In this document: in pieces, positions 1-8,735 of the stretch | Layout: each line of letters begins with the position of its first letter | Numbering within the stretch: position 1 is the stretch's first letter | NCBI GenBank assembly: GCA_045536565.1 | Contig: JAZSNU010000008.1 | Location: forward strand, 1 to 22,914 | Direction: 5' to 3' | Origin: Clostridia bacterium | GTDB lineage: Bacteria > Bacillota > Clostridia > TANB77 > CAG-465 | DNA length: 22,914 nt | Notes under the pieces: generated by a model | The model's input: the letters and a program-made list of their open reading frames with translations, nothing else | Database searches by the model: none | Told to the model about the DNA's origin: nothing | Made by a program: the position numbers and the translations under genes

Positions 1-74
1 TATTTATTTTTTCCTTTTTTTAGTATATAATGTAAAAAACATCAAATAATAAATATATATTTTAGGAGGTTGTT

Positions 75-1049
75 ATGGTTATTTCATTTTTTGAAGTTAC
101 TGATATAGAGAAAAAAGAATTTGATAAAGTTTTTAATAGACACAACAAAGCAAGATTTTTTGAAGAACCTATTCAAAATGTAGATTATGAAAAATACAAA
201 GATAGTGATGTTATATGTGTATTTGTTCATTCAAAATTATCAAAAGATGTTATTGATATGTGTCCTAACTTAAAAATGATTGCTACGCGTTCAACAGGAA
301 CAGATCATATAGATATGATGCATGCAAATGAACACGGAATCCGCGTAATGAATGTCCCTTTATATGGTGAAAATACAGTTGCTGAACATACCTTTGCATT
401 AATACTTTCATTATCCAGAAAAATTCACGAATCGTATGTTGCTACTACCAATGGAGATTTTTCAACTGATGGCCTTATGGGATTTGATTTAAGAGATAAA
501 ACAATCGGTATTATAGGTGGTGGACGAATTGGACTTCATGTAGCAAGAATGGCTAGAAGTTTTGGTATGCATGTTAGAGTTTATGATATAAAACAAGATG
601 AATTTTTAGCAGAAATAATAAATTTCAAATATGTATCTTTAAACGAACTATTAGAAGTTTCTGATATTGTATCTTTACATGTACCATCAAACAAATATAC
701 ACATCATATGATAAATAAAGAAACTCTTGACCATATGAAGCATGGCTCTATTTTAATAAATACAGCAAGAGGTGATTTAGTAGATACCAAGGCTCTTATA
801 TCTAGTTTAGAAAACGGAAAAATATATGGTGCAGGTCTTGATGTATTAGAGGGTGAAGAATTACTTATAGAAGAAAATATGTTTAATTCACCTATTAAAC
901 AGGCTTCAAAAGTTATAGAAAATAACAAAAAACTTACTGAACTACCAAATGTAGTTATAACTCCTCATAATGCTTTCAATAGTATCGAAGCAGTTCAAAG
1001 GATTATAGCAAAAACTATTGCAAATATTAATGAAATAGTTGTAGATTAA
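75..1049 (+). CDS. D-isomer-specific 2-hydroxyacid dehydrogenase (D-lactate dehydrogenase-like)
   Basis: RSTGTDHID, VAEH, Rossmann GxGxxG (GGGRIG), INTARG, GLDV and TPHNAF motifs; AGGAGG RBS upstream of the ATG. Confidence 0.9.
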   Translation: MVISFFEVTDIEKKEFDKVFNRHNKARFFEEPIQNVDYEKYKDSDVICVFVHSKLSKDVIDMCPNLKMIATRSTGTDHIDMMHANEHGIRVMNVPLYGENTVAEHTFALILSLSRKIHESYVATTNGDFSTDGLMGFDLRDKTIGIIGGGRIGLHVARMARSFGMHVRVYDIKQDEFLAEIINFKYVSLNELLEVSDIVSLHVPSNKYTHHMINKETLDHMKHGSILINTARGDLVDTKALISSLENGKIYGAGLDVLEGEELLIEENMFNSPIKQASKVIENNKKLTELPNVVITPHNAFNSIEAVQRIIAKTIANINEIVVD

Positions 1050-1060
1050 TAATAAAACAA

Positions 1061-1118
1061 AAAAGCAAACAACATTAGGTTATTTATTTTATATAAATAG
1101 CCTTTATTGTTTGCTTTT
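1061..1118. terminator. Bidirectional intrinsic terminator
   Basis: Inverted repeat aaaagcaaacaa...ttgtttgctttt with inner aggttattta/taaatagcct, between convergent genes. Confidence 0.75.
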
Positions 1119-1137
1119 ATATATTGCAATAATATTT

Positions 1138-1380
1138 TTATTTAAAAGTTACAGGTTGCATAAAGAATTCACCTAAGTCTTGCATATCTTTTAAGAATGC
1201 TTCTTTTTCTCTTTGCCAGAAAGAAGTTCCAACTGTTTCTGCTTTTTCCATTACCTCTTCACAAGTTGGTTTTAACATTAAATCTTTTTTACCAAATGTA
1301 ACTGGTTGTAAAAAGAATTCTCCTAATTCTTGCATATCCTGTAAAAATAATCTCCACTCTCTTTTCCAAAAACCTTCCAT
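1138..1380 (-). CDS. 80-aa hypothetical protein made of two 26-aa internal repeats
   Basis: GAGGAGG RBS upstream of the ATG at 1380 (preferred over the 1464 start); repeats FWKREWRLFLQDMQELGEFFLQPVTF / FWQREKEAFLKDMQDLGEFFMQPVTF. Confidence 0.75.
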   Translation of the reverse strand: MEGFWKREWRLFLQDMQELGEFFLQPVTFGKKDLMLKPTCEEVMEKAETVGTSFWQREKEAFLKDMQDLGEFFMQPVTFK

Positions 1381-1500
1381 AATATCCTCCTCATCTGTTA
1401 CTCTATGATAGAAGTATAACATTAATATTTTTATATAACAATACATGTTACATTTTTTTAACACAAATAATATATTTTTGATATAATTGTATAATAAAAA

Positions 1501-1525
1501 TATATTATATTATATTATATTATAC
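1501..1525. repeat. (TATAT)n pentanucleotide simple repeat
   Basis: tatat x4 + tatac between the radA stop and the small ORF. Confidence 0.6.
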
Positions 1526-1532
1526 AATTATA

Positions 1533-2903
1533 TTACTTACTACTTAAAAATTTCTCTACAATACTCTGAATATCATTTAATTTAACCATTTTTATATTGT
1601 ATTCATCTTTTAAATTTTCTAACTGCCTTTTTGGTGCATATATTTTCTTATACCCAATCTTTTCTAATTCTTTAAGCCTTTTTTCTATATTAATTACATT
1701 TCTAACTTGTCCATTTAATGCTATTTCTCCTAAAAACACACTATCTTTTGATATAGGTATCCCTTTATAACTTGAAATTATAGCAAAAGCAATGGCAATA
1801 TCTGCTGCTGTTTCTGATACCTTCATTCCGCCAATTACATTTACATATATATCTTGTGTACCTAGACTAATACCGCACATTTTTTCTATTACAGCAATTA
1901 TCATATTTAGCCTGTTAAAATCTACTCCATTAGCTACTCTTCTAGGTATATTGTAATATGAATGTGTAGTTAAAGCTTGTATTTCTATTGCAAGTGTTGA
2001 ATTTCCTTCAAGTATTGCAGTAGTTGCTGTTCCAGGGAGTGCTATTTCTTCTCTATTTAAGAATATTTCAGACATATTGGCAACTTCAACTAGTCCTTCT
2101 TCTTTCATCTCAAATATTCCTATTTCATTTGTAGATCCAAATCTATTCTTTACTCCTCTTAAAATTCTATGACTTAAAAATCTTTCGCCTTCAATATATA
2201 GCACAACATCTACCATATGTTCTAGTAATCTTGGACCTGCTATATTACCATCTTTTGTAACATGTCCTATTACTATCATACTAATATTTTTACTTTTAGC
2301 GATATTCATAAGTCTTGCTGTCACTTCTCTTACCTGAGAAACGCTTCCAGGCACCGATGATATTTCATCATCATACATAGTTTGAATAGAATCAATGATG
2401 CAAAACTTAGGCTTTTGTTTTTCTATTTGAGTTTCTATTTCATTTATATCAGTTTCTCCCAAAAATAGAATACTATCTCCATTTACTTTTAATCTATCGG
2501 CCCTCATTTTAATTTGAGAATCCGATTCTTCTCCCGACACATAAAGTAAATTTCCATACTTGGTTAAATTATTGCATATTTGTAAAACTAATGTTGATTT
2601 ACCTATTCCAGGCTCTCCTCCTAAAAGTATAAGTGAGCCATCTACTAAACCTCCACCTAATACCCTATTTAATTCTTCGTATCCAGTATCAATCCTTTTA
2701 TTTTCAATATTCTCTATATCATTTAATTTTTTAACAGTACTTTCCCCCACTTTATATTTGGTAGTTATTCCTTTACTATTTGTTTGTTTGATTTTCTCCT
2801 CTACAAAACTATTCCACTCATTACAAGCAGGACATTTTCCAAGCCATTTTGCACTTTCATATCCACATTCCTTACAAAAAAACACTATCTTTTCTTTTGC
2901 CAT
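1533..2903 (-). CDS. radA: DNA repair protein RadA/Sms
   Basis: N-terminal C4 zinc finger (CKEC..CPAC), Walker A GEPGIGKS, IIDSIQT, KNRFG motif, Lon-like C-terminal domain. Confidence 0.97.
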   Translation of the reverse strand: MAKEKIVFFCKECGYESAKWLGKCPACNEWNSFVEEKIKQTNSKGITTKYKVGESTVKKLNDIENIENKRIDTGYEELNRVLGGGLVDGSLILLGGEPGIGKSTLVLQICNNLTKYGNLLYVSGEESDSQIKMRADRLKVNGDSILFLGETDINEIETQIEKQKPKFCIIDSIQTMYDDEISSVPGSVSQVREVTARLMNIAKSKNISMIVIGHVTKDGNIAGPRLLEHMVDVVLYIEGERFLSHRILRGVKNRFGSTNEIGIFEMKEEGLVEVANMSEIFLNREEIALPGTATTAILEGNSTLAIEIQALTTHSYYNIPRRVANGVDFNRLNMIIAVIEKMCGISLGTQDIYVNVIGGMKVSETAADIAIAFAIISSYKGIPISKDSVFLGEIALNGQVRNVINIEKRLKELEKIGYKKIYAPKRQLENLKDEYNIKMVKLNDIQSIVEKFLSSK

Positions 2904-2922
2904 ATTTTGTTCTCCTTTTTTG

Positions 2923-3879
2923 CTATATTAAATCTTTTTTCTTTAAATATATCCATGTTAAAACAGTTGCTATTATACATACTCCCATTACAATCCAAAA
3001 ACCTATTACACCTGTTGCAAATGGAAACACTACATTCATTCCTAATATACTTGCTATAAGGGTTGGAATTGATATAAGAATTGTGATTGATGTTAAAAAT
3101 TTCATTACTAAATTAAGATTATTTGACACCATTGTTCCAAATACTTCTATCATACCATTTAATATTTCACCATAGGTTGTAACCATTTCCATTGCTTGTC
3201 TATTTTCTATTGCAGCATCTTCTAGTATATCTTCATCCTCCTCATATAATTTAATTATTTTTCCTCTTTTTAATCTTTCCATAACTGATTGGTTAGATTT
3301 TAAAGCGGCATCAAAATATATCATACTTTTTTGAAAATGTATTAATTTTACAAGTTCTTTATTTTGCATTGTTTGTTCAATTTGATCCTCAAATTTTTCT
3401 ATATCTCTATTTATTATATCTAGGAATTTTATATATTCTTCTGCTACTTTATACAAAACTTGAAATACAATTCTAGACTTTTTATATGTAGCAAATTCTC
3501 CAAGTATAATCCTAGAACTAGTTATATTTTTTAAAACATCCAATTTTTCAGATGATACTGTAATTATATAATCATCTCTTACTATTATCATACCAAGAGG
3601 TATTGTTGTATATCTTCTTACCTTTGTAGATTTTGCAGACCTTTCTCTTACAGGTACATTTATTGATACAAGTATTTGATCATCCTCGATGTCTATATGA
3701 GATCTTTCTTCAATATCTAATGAATTCTCTATAAATGTTCTATCTGCGCCTGTTGCTTCTATAACACGATTTATTTCTTGCGCAGTAGGTGCATACATAT
3801 TAACCCAAACACCCTTTTCCATTTTATCTACCTTTTCTATCTTTCTTAATTCATCATTAGTTTTAAATATTTCAATCAC
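2923..3879 (-). CDS. corA: CorA-family Mg2+/divalent cation transporter
   Basis: Large soluble N-domain, two C-terminal TM helices with the GMN signature (ILGMNV); GTG start abutting the upstream stop codon. Confidence 0.9.
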   Translation of the reverse strand: MIEIFKTNDELRKIEKVDKMEKGVWVNMYAPTAQEINRVIEATGADRTFIENSLDIEERSHIDIEDDQILVSINVPVRERSAKSTKVRRYTTIPLGMIIVRDDYIITVSSEKLDVLKNITSSRIILGEFATYKKSRIVFQVLYKVAEEYIKFLDIINRDIEKFEDQIEQTMQNKELVKLIHFQKSMIYFDAALKSNQSVMERLKRGKIIKLYEEDEDILEDAAIENRQAMEMVTTYGEILNGMIEVFGTMVSNNLNLVMKFLTSITILISIPTLIASILGMNVVFPFATGVIGFWIVMGVCIIATVLTWIYLKKKDLI

Positions 3880-4440
3880 TTAAATCACCTCTTTATTTTT
3901 ATTTACTTCTTTTCTCCATACTATGCCACGAAATATATTAAATATCATATATATTAAAATTGTAACAATAGTTATATAATCCTCAGAAATATAGCAAATA
4001 ATAATTGATGCTATATTAGCAACAACAAATATATATGCATGCTCAATAACTTTCTTACTAAGTAGTAAAACTGCTATAATAGAGCAAACAGCACCAAAGC
4101 TATCTATATATGGATGTGTCTCTCCCATTGTTTTAAATGTATAACCAATAGTTAGGGTAAACACAAAACAAGTTATTAAACTTAATATTATTTCTCTTTT
4201 ACTTATACTTCTAATATTAGGTGCTTTTTTACTCCCCCAATTAAAATATGAATATACATACATTATTGCATATACAAAATTTAATATTGCTTGTACATAT
4301 ACACCTGTCTTTACAAATACATATCCCATTATACCTGTTGAAACAATACCAAATATAAATCCGGATCGCTTGCAATATATAAGTAAATATGAATACATTA
4401 CTGTCGTTATTATCATTATTATTTCTAAAACATTTATCAT
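3880..4440 (-). CDS. PnuC-family (nicotinamide riboside/vitamin/nucleoside) transporter, divergent
   Basis: About 190 aa, multiple TM helices, Y..Y..W segment, PYIDS motif, KK.IE, terminal W followed by a basic tail. Confidence 0.7.
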   Translation of the reverse strand: MINVLEIIMIITTVMYSYLLIYCKRSGFIFGIVSTGIMGYVFVKTGVYVQAILNFVYAIMYVYSYFNWGSKKAPNIRSISKREIILSLITCFVFTLTIGYTFKTMGETHPYIDSFGAVCSIIAVLLLSKKVIEHAYIFVVANIASIIICYISEDYITIVTILIYMIFNIFRGIVWRKEVNKNKEVI

Positions 4441-4534
4441 TATTTATTAAACCTCTTACTTTTTAAATCATTATACATTATATTTTCGTCTAATGAAAGA
4501 CTTTATATATTATATCTTTAAATTTATATATAAT

Positions 4535-4560
4535 AAAGGAGGAATTTTGATTCCCCCTTT
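4535..4560 (-). terminator. Intrinsic terminator after the HD-family gene
   Basis: aaaggaggaa-ttttga-ttcccccttt hairpin. Confidence 0.65.
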
Positions 4561-4567
4561 ATATTTT

Positions 4568-5203
4568 TTACTCGAGCCCTATATTATTTCTTTTAGCAAA
4601 GTTAGATACAGCAGTAAAGTTTTCATCATAATTATATACTTCTTGTCCAAAACTTAGCCACATATCAGACCATGATTTTGAGCCTTTTAATAATCTCTGC
4701 ACTTTTTCATTATTAAAAGTTTTATTACCTTCTTGATTATTTAAATCTACACAATCTTCTTCATCATACAATTTACATTGTAAATCACATTCTAATTTAT
4801 CACAATGATAAGCAAAGATAGCTTCTTTTGTCTTCTTATCTTCAAACTCTTTAATATACTGTGCTATTTCTTCTTTATTAATTAGGTTTTCTAAAACTTT
4901 TGAAACTGCTTCTTGCCCTTTTATTTTCTTCTCTTCTTTCGAGATTTCAAATTGTGTTAAATCCCCAATATATATTTCTTCGAGTTCATGAACAGCCAAC
5001 ATAAATATAACTTTCATAATATCTATATCATAGTTATACTCTGATTTCATTGCAATAGCTAGCATTTGCACTCCATATATATGCTCTGCCACACTTTCTA
5101 GTCTTTCTCTCTTTACATTCCAATCTTTCCAACCTGTTCTTATAACATTTTTTAGTTTGTTACATAATACATAGTATCTTATAACATTATTTTCTTTTGT
5201 CAT
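4568..5203 (-). CDS. HD-family phosphohydrolase (HDDC2/YfbR-like 5'-deoxynucleotidase type)
   Basis: LK...RTGW, ESVAEH, HELEE..IGD and DKLE motifs; GAAAGGAG RBS supports a start at 5203. Confidence 0.85.
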   Translation of the reverse strand: MTKENNVIRYYVLCNKLKNVIRTGWKDWNVKRERLESVAEHIYGVQMLAIAMKSEYNYDIDIMKVIFMLAVHELEEIYIGDLTQFEISKEEKKIKGQEAVSKVLENLINKEEIAQYIKEFEDKKTKEAIFAYHCDKLECDLQCKLYDEEDCVDLNNQEGNKTFNNEKVQRLLKGSKSWSDMWLSFGQEVYNYDENFTAVSNFAKRNNIGLE

Positions 5204-5250
5204 AACACATGCTCCTTTCAAATTATTTAATAGATTTATATTTTTTATAT

Positions 5251-5278
5251 ATTATACACCGATTTTATTTGCTGTCAA
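5251..5278 (-). promoter_or_regulatory. Sigma-A promoter for the HD gene
   Basis: TTGACA-16 nt-TATAAT on the minus strand. Confidence 0.75.
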
Positions 5279-5288
5279 GTTAACACAT

Positions 5289-5365
5289 AAAAAAGTAGTC
5301 CATAAGCTTGAACTACTTACTATTGGTGCGATACTCGCACCTTATATGAACTGTCCCTCATTGAC
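5289..5365 (-). ncRNA. Candidate ~75-nt small RNA
   Basis: Extended -10 TGaTATACT (5372-5380), GC hairpin GGTGCGA-gta-TCGCACC, then terminator aagtagt...actactttttt; no RBS-led ORF. Confidence 0.35.
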
Positions 5366-5421
5366 ATTTTTAGTATATCACAAGGCTTTCGAAACACCTA
5401 TACCAAAATCGCTACTTGTTT

Positions 5422-5514
5422 AATTTCTGTTTCATTTCCGGTTGATTTCCGTTTCGTTTCCATCAACACTTTTTATCACTGCACTAATAAAAAAAGTATT
5501 TTCTGCACTATAAA
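5422..5514. repeat. 11-bp-phased TTTC(C) array plus 15-bp box, copy 1
   Basis: TTTC at 5424, 5435, 5446 and 5457; box tttctgcactataaa at 5500-5514. Confidence 0.55.
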
Positions 5515-5539
5515 CTATAATTTGTCATTCTATATTATT

Positions 5540-5995
5540 TTAATCATTCCTAGCATCTTCTATTTGCTTTGTACATTCCTTTTCTAAAATACCTGTAATT
5601 ATATTCAAATTATTTTTTGTTTTGCTTTGTATGTCAAAAATTGTAATATTAGGATTCATATTAGACTCGCTTTTAGCGCCAAAAATATATTTTTGAATTT
5701 TTGCTTTTATAGATGCTGACATACACATACTACAGCTCCATGCATTTGATATTAAAATATAATTTGATAAATCTTTAGTTTGTAATTCTTTACAAGCCTT
5801 TCTAATCAAATTTATTTCTGCATGAGCAGTTGGATCCATTTTCGAATTAACAGTATTATGTTCTTTAAATAAAATATTTCCATTATTGTCTAATAAAAAA
5901 GCTGAAAAAGGAGAATTTCCTTCTTTAATCGCTATATCTACTTCTTGCATAACTTGTTTCATTATTTCTTCCATTTTTGTTATAGTTATATTCAA
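5540..5995 (-). CDS. Zn-dependent nucleoside/nucleobase deaminase (TadA/GuaD-like CDA fold)
   Basis: PF, N...DPTAHAE and CxxC (SCSMC) motifs; TTG start with GAGGTG RBS. Confidence 0.85.
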   Translation of the reverse strand: MNITITKMEEIMKQVMQEVDIAIKEGNSPFSAFLLDNNGNILFKEHNTVNSKMDPTAHAEINLIRKACKELQTKDLSNYILISNAWSCSMCMSASIKAKIQKYIFGAKSESNMNPNITIFDIQSKTKNNLNIITGILEKECTKQIEDARND

Positions 5996-6060
5996 TTATA
6001 CCACCTCTATAAATTACTATTTTTCTATCTGATTATATTATATCATAGATTCTCAATTAT

Positions 6061-6154
6061 TTTTCGTTTTACTTCCAAATAATTTCCAATTGATTTCTGA
6101 TCGATTCCTAAATTTTTTCTAATTTATCTATATTAGACATTTCTGCTCTATAAA
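6061..6154. repeat. 11-bp-phased TTTC(C) array plus 15-bp box, copy 2
   Basis: ttttc/cttcc/tttcc/tttct at 6061, 6072, 6083 and 6094; box tttctgctctataaa at 6140-6154. Confidence 0.5.
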
Positions 6155-6192
6155 TATCACTCACTCTTTTCACTACAAAAATTAAAACAAAC

Positions 6193-6222
6193 AAAAAATC
6201 ACTCTTCTAAAACTGTGATTTT
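6193..6222 (-). terminator. Terminator downstream of ssrA
   Basis: Minus strand aaaatcac-agttttagaaga-gtgatttttt. Confidence 0.6.
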
Positions 6223-6265
6223 CCTTTATAAAACTTGACTTTTAACAGTTCAAGTGAAACTCTTA

Positions 6266-6623
6266 TGGTGGAGGTGATGAGACTTGAACTCATGTCCGAA
6301 AATTCTTCCGCATAGACTTCTCCGAGTGCAGTAAATGTTTAAGTGTTCCCACAAATTATCTAACATTTACAAAACTAATTTGTAGTATCTATTTAAATTA
6401 CCCTCTATTTTAATAGAAAAAATAGATTTGTTATGCCATATAAATCGACACTTCAAAATCCCCTATGGCAAAAGATTTATCAGCGTGGTGCTTAAAAACT
6501 AAGCAGCCATTGCATAACTATTGTTATCTGCGTTTATATTTAACTCTCGTTTTTATAGTGGCCAACGAGAATCCACTACTCGCTATCTATACTTCTAAAT
6601 ATCCGTCGAAACCTTACACCCCC
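6266..6623 (-). ncRNA. ssrA: tmRNA (transfer-messenger RNA)
   Basis: 5' GGGGGTG pairs with 3' CACCTCC-ACCA including the G3:U alanine determinant; T-arm GTTCAAGTC; tag ORF at 6499-6531 encodes ADNNSYAMAA* after ATAAAC. Confidence 0.96.
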
Positions 6624-6664
6624 AAGTATAATAATATTATACTATATTTTTATGTATTTTTCCA

Positions 6665-7369
6665 CTATTTATCAATAATTGTTCCTAGATTTTCACCATT
6701 TACCACTCTATATATTGAATCTTCCTCTAAAAGACCAAATACCAAAATTGGAATATTATTTTCCATGCAAAGTGTTATAGCAGTTGCATCCATTACTTTT
6801 AATTTATCATTTATAACTTTCATGTAGGTAATATCATCATATCTTTTAGCATCTTCATTTTTTCTAGGATCCTTATCATAAACTCCGTCAACATTTTTAG
6901 CAAGAAGTATTACCTCAGCCCTTGTTTCAACAGCCCTTAAAGCAGCAGCTGTATCCGTTGTAAAATATGGATTACCTGTACCACAAGCAAATATAACTAC
7001 TCTACCTTTTTCTAAATGTCTTATTGCTTTTCTTTCTATATATGGCTCTGCTACTTGTTTCATTTCAATTGCTGCTTGAACTCTTACTGGAATACCTTTA
7101 CTCTCAATTAAATCTTGAAGTGCTAACGCATTTATTGTTGTGGCCATCATACCCATATAGTCAGAAGTTGTTCTTAACATATATTCATAACCATATTTAC
7201 CACGCCAGAAGTTACCAGCACCCACAACAACTGAACATTCCACACCTTCATTTGCTATTTTTACTATTTGGTTTGCCACAAAATTAAGTTTTTCGTTGTT
7301 AATTCCTCTTCCGTCATCATTACCTAGTGCCTCTCCACTAATTTTAATTAATATTCTTTTATATTTCAT
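6665..7369 (-). CDS. pyrH: UMP kinase
   Basis: [46 protein letters not shown] and VMDATA motifs. Confidence 0.97.
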   Translation of the reverse strand: MKYKRILIKISGEALGNDDGRGINNEKLNFVANQIVKIANEGVECSVVVGAGNFWRGKYGYEYMLRTTSDYMGMMATTINALALQDLIESKGIPVRVQAAIEMKQVAEPYIERKAIRHLEKGRVVIFACGTGNPYFTTDTAAALRAVETRAEVILLAKNVDGVYDKDPRKNEDAKRYDDITYMKVINDKLKVMDATAITLCMENNIPILVFGLLEEDSIYRVVNGENLGTIIDK

Positions 7370-7381
7370 ACTTCCTCCTTA

Positions 7382-7885
7382 TTACATATGAATAATATAG
7401 TATTTAACACCATATTTATTATATACCTTTTCAATAGCATCTGGTTTTGTTACTATTGTTGCTGTATTGTCACTTGGATGAAAACCTATTTTTTGTGCTT
7501 TTAAGAACTCACTATCTATAATATATGTAACATCTTTATATTTTATATTATTTTTTTCAGCAGTTATAACATTAAGATATGATACAGACCCAGGTGTTAT
7601 ATTTAGATATTTTCTTAATTCATTCTCATTTGCAAAACTAAATCTCTTCTCATTCATTAACTTAGCAAGTTCTAAAAGATTTGCTCTTTTGGTAAGTGGA
7701 AGTGAAAACAGATAATATCTTGTTTTCTTATCATTTCTTAAAAACAAATTTTTACCTATTACTATATCTTTTTCAAATAAATCTTCTTCTGTATCATTTT
7801 CACTAAATATTGCCTTATGATTTATCCTTGTAAAATCTACATTCATTTCTTCTAATACATTACATATATATTCTATATTATCCAA
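7382..7885 (-). CDS. YbaK/ProX-superfamily aminoacyl-tRNA deacylase (ProXp-ala/PrdX-like)
   Basis: KNLFL, SFA...L...L...PGSVS and FHPSDNTAT motifs; TTG start. Confidence 0.85.
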   Translation of the reverse strand: MDNIEYICNVLEEMNVDFTRINHKAIFSENDTEEDLFEKDIVIGKNLFLRNDKKTRYYLFSLPLTKRANLLELAKLMNEKRFSFANENELRKYLNITPGSVSYLNVITAEKNNIKYKDVTYIIDSEFLKAQKIGFHPSDNTATIVTKPDAIEKVYNKYGVKYYIIHM

Positions 7886-7887
7886 TG

Positions 7888-8628
7888 CTATATTACGCTC
7901 CCTCCGTTTGGGCTTATAACTTGACCTGTTATATATCTTGCTTTTTCTGACGCTAAGAAAAATGCCAAATCTGCTACTTCTCTTGCTGTGCCAAATCTTC
8001 CCATAGGAATTTCGCTTCTTACAACATCTAAATCTTCTTCTGTATAATTGTCACTTAACATATCTGTACTTATAGCACCAGGTGCTATTGCATTTACAGT
8101 AATATTTGACATAGCAAGTTCTTTGGCTAATGCCTTTGTCATTCCTATAACTGCCGATTTTGATGTAGAATATGCAACTTCGCAAGATGCTCCAACCATA
8201 CCATCTATTGATGATATATTTATAATTGTGCCATTTTTACTTGATATCATATACTGTTTTAATACTTCTTGTATAACATTAAATGTACCGTTTACATTTA
8301 TATTCATTATCTCATTCCAACTATCTATTGATATATCTGTAAACAAATTAGTATTAGTTATTCCTGCATTATTTATAACAACATCAATTGTTTTAAATTC
8401 TTTTAAACAATATTCTACCATATCTGTTACTTCTTTTCTGTTTGAAACATCTGCTTTATATGATTTAACATTGTATCCTTTTTCTTGTAATTTTTTACAT
8501 GTAACATTTGCCATATTATTACTCTTGTTATAATTAATTAATACATTATAACCATTTTCTGCAAACACCTTTGCTATTTCTTTTCCTATTCCTCTTGATG
8601 CCCCTGTAACAATAACTGTTTTTGCCAT
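7888..8628 (-). CDS. ymfI: SDR oxidoreductase, YmfI-like (EF-P 5-aminopentanone reductase) / FabG-like
   Basis: TGASRGIG, NNAG, YxxxK; the GASCEVxYSxxK segment and ALAKELA..ITVNAIAPGAI match my recollection of B. subtilis YmfI. Confidence 0.7.
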   Translation of the reverse strand: MAKTVIVTGASRGIGKEIAKVFAENGYNVLINYNKSNNMANVTCKKLQEKGYNVKSYKADVSNRKEVTDMVEYCLKEFKTIDVVINNAGITNTNLFTDISIDSWNEIMNINVNGTFNVIQEVLKQYMISSKNGTIINISSIDGMVGASCEVAYSTSKSAVIGMTKALAKELAMSNITVNAIAPGAISTDMLSDNYTEEDLDVVRSEIPMGRFGTAREVADLAFFLASEKARYITGQVISPNGGSVI

Positions 8629-8694
8629 AATATGCCTCCTTTTTTCATTTAGTATAATTTAATTTATATTATATCAAATACAAATAATTGTCAA

Positions 8695-8729
8695 GAAAAA
8701 AAGAGGCATCCTAACATTTAAGATACCCC
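8695..8729 (-). terminator. Intrinsic terminator
   Basis: Minus strand ggggtatcttaa-atg-ttaggatgcctc followed by a T-tract. Confidence 0.7.
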
Positions 8730-8735
8730 ATAAAA

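Noticed and set aside
1381-1464. N-terminal extensions in the ORF track (also 5221, 12421, 12641, 15323, 17586)
   Set aside because: Better RBS-supported starts lie downstream (1380, 5203, 12394, 12668, 15305, 17553)
4441-4534. Riboswitch upstream of the PnuC-like gene
   Set aside because: Short, extremely AT-rich leader with no recognisable aptamer
5324-5341. TGGTGCG resembling a tRNA/tmRNA 3' end (possible att duplication)
   Set aside because: Only 5-6 nt match the ssrA end, with no T-arm or cloverleaf; better explained as a hairpin
6465-6827. 120-aa plus-strand ORF
   Set aside because: Antisense to tmRNA and pyrH; shadow ORF
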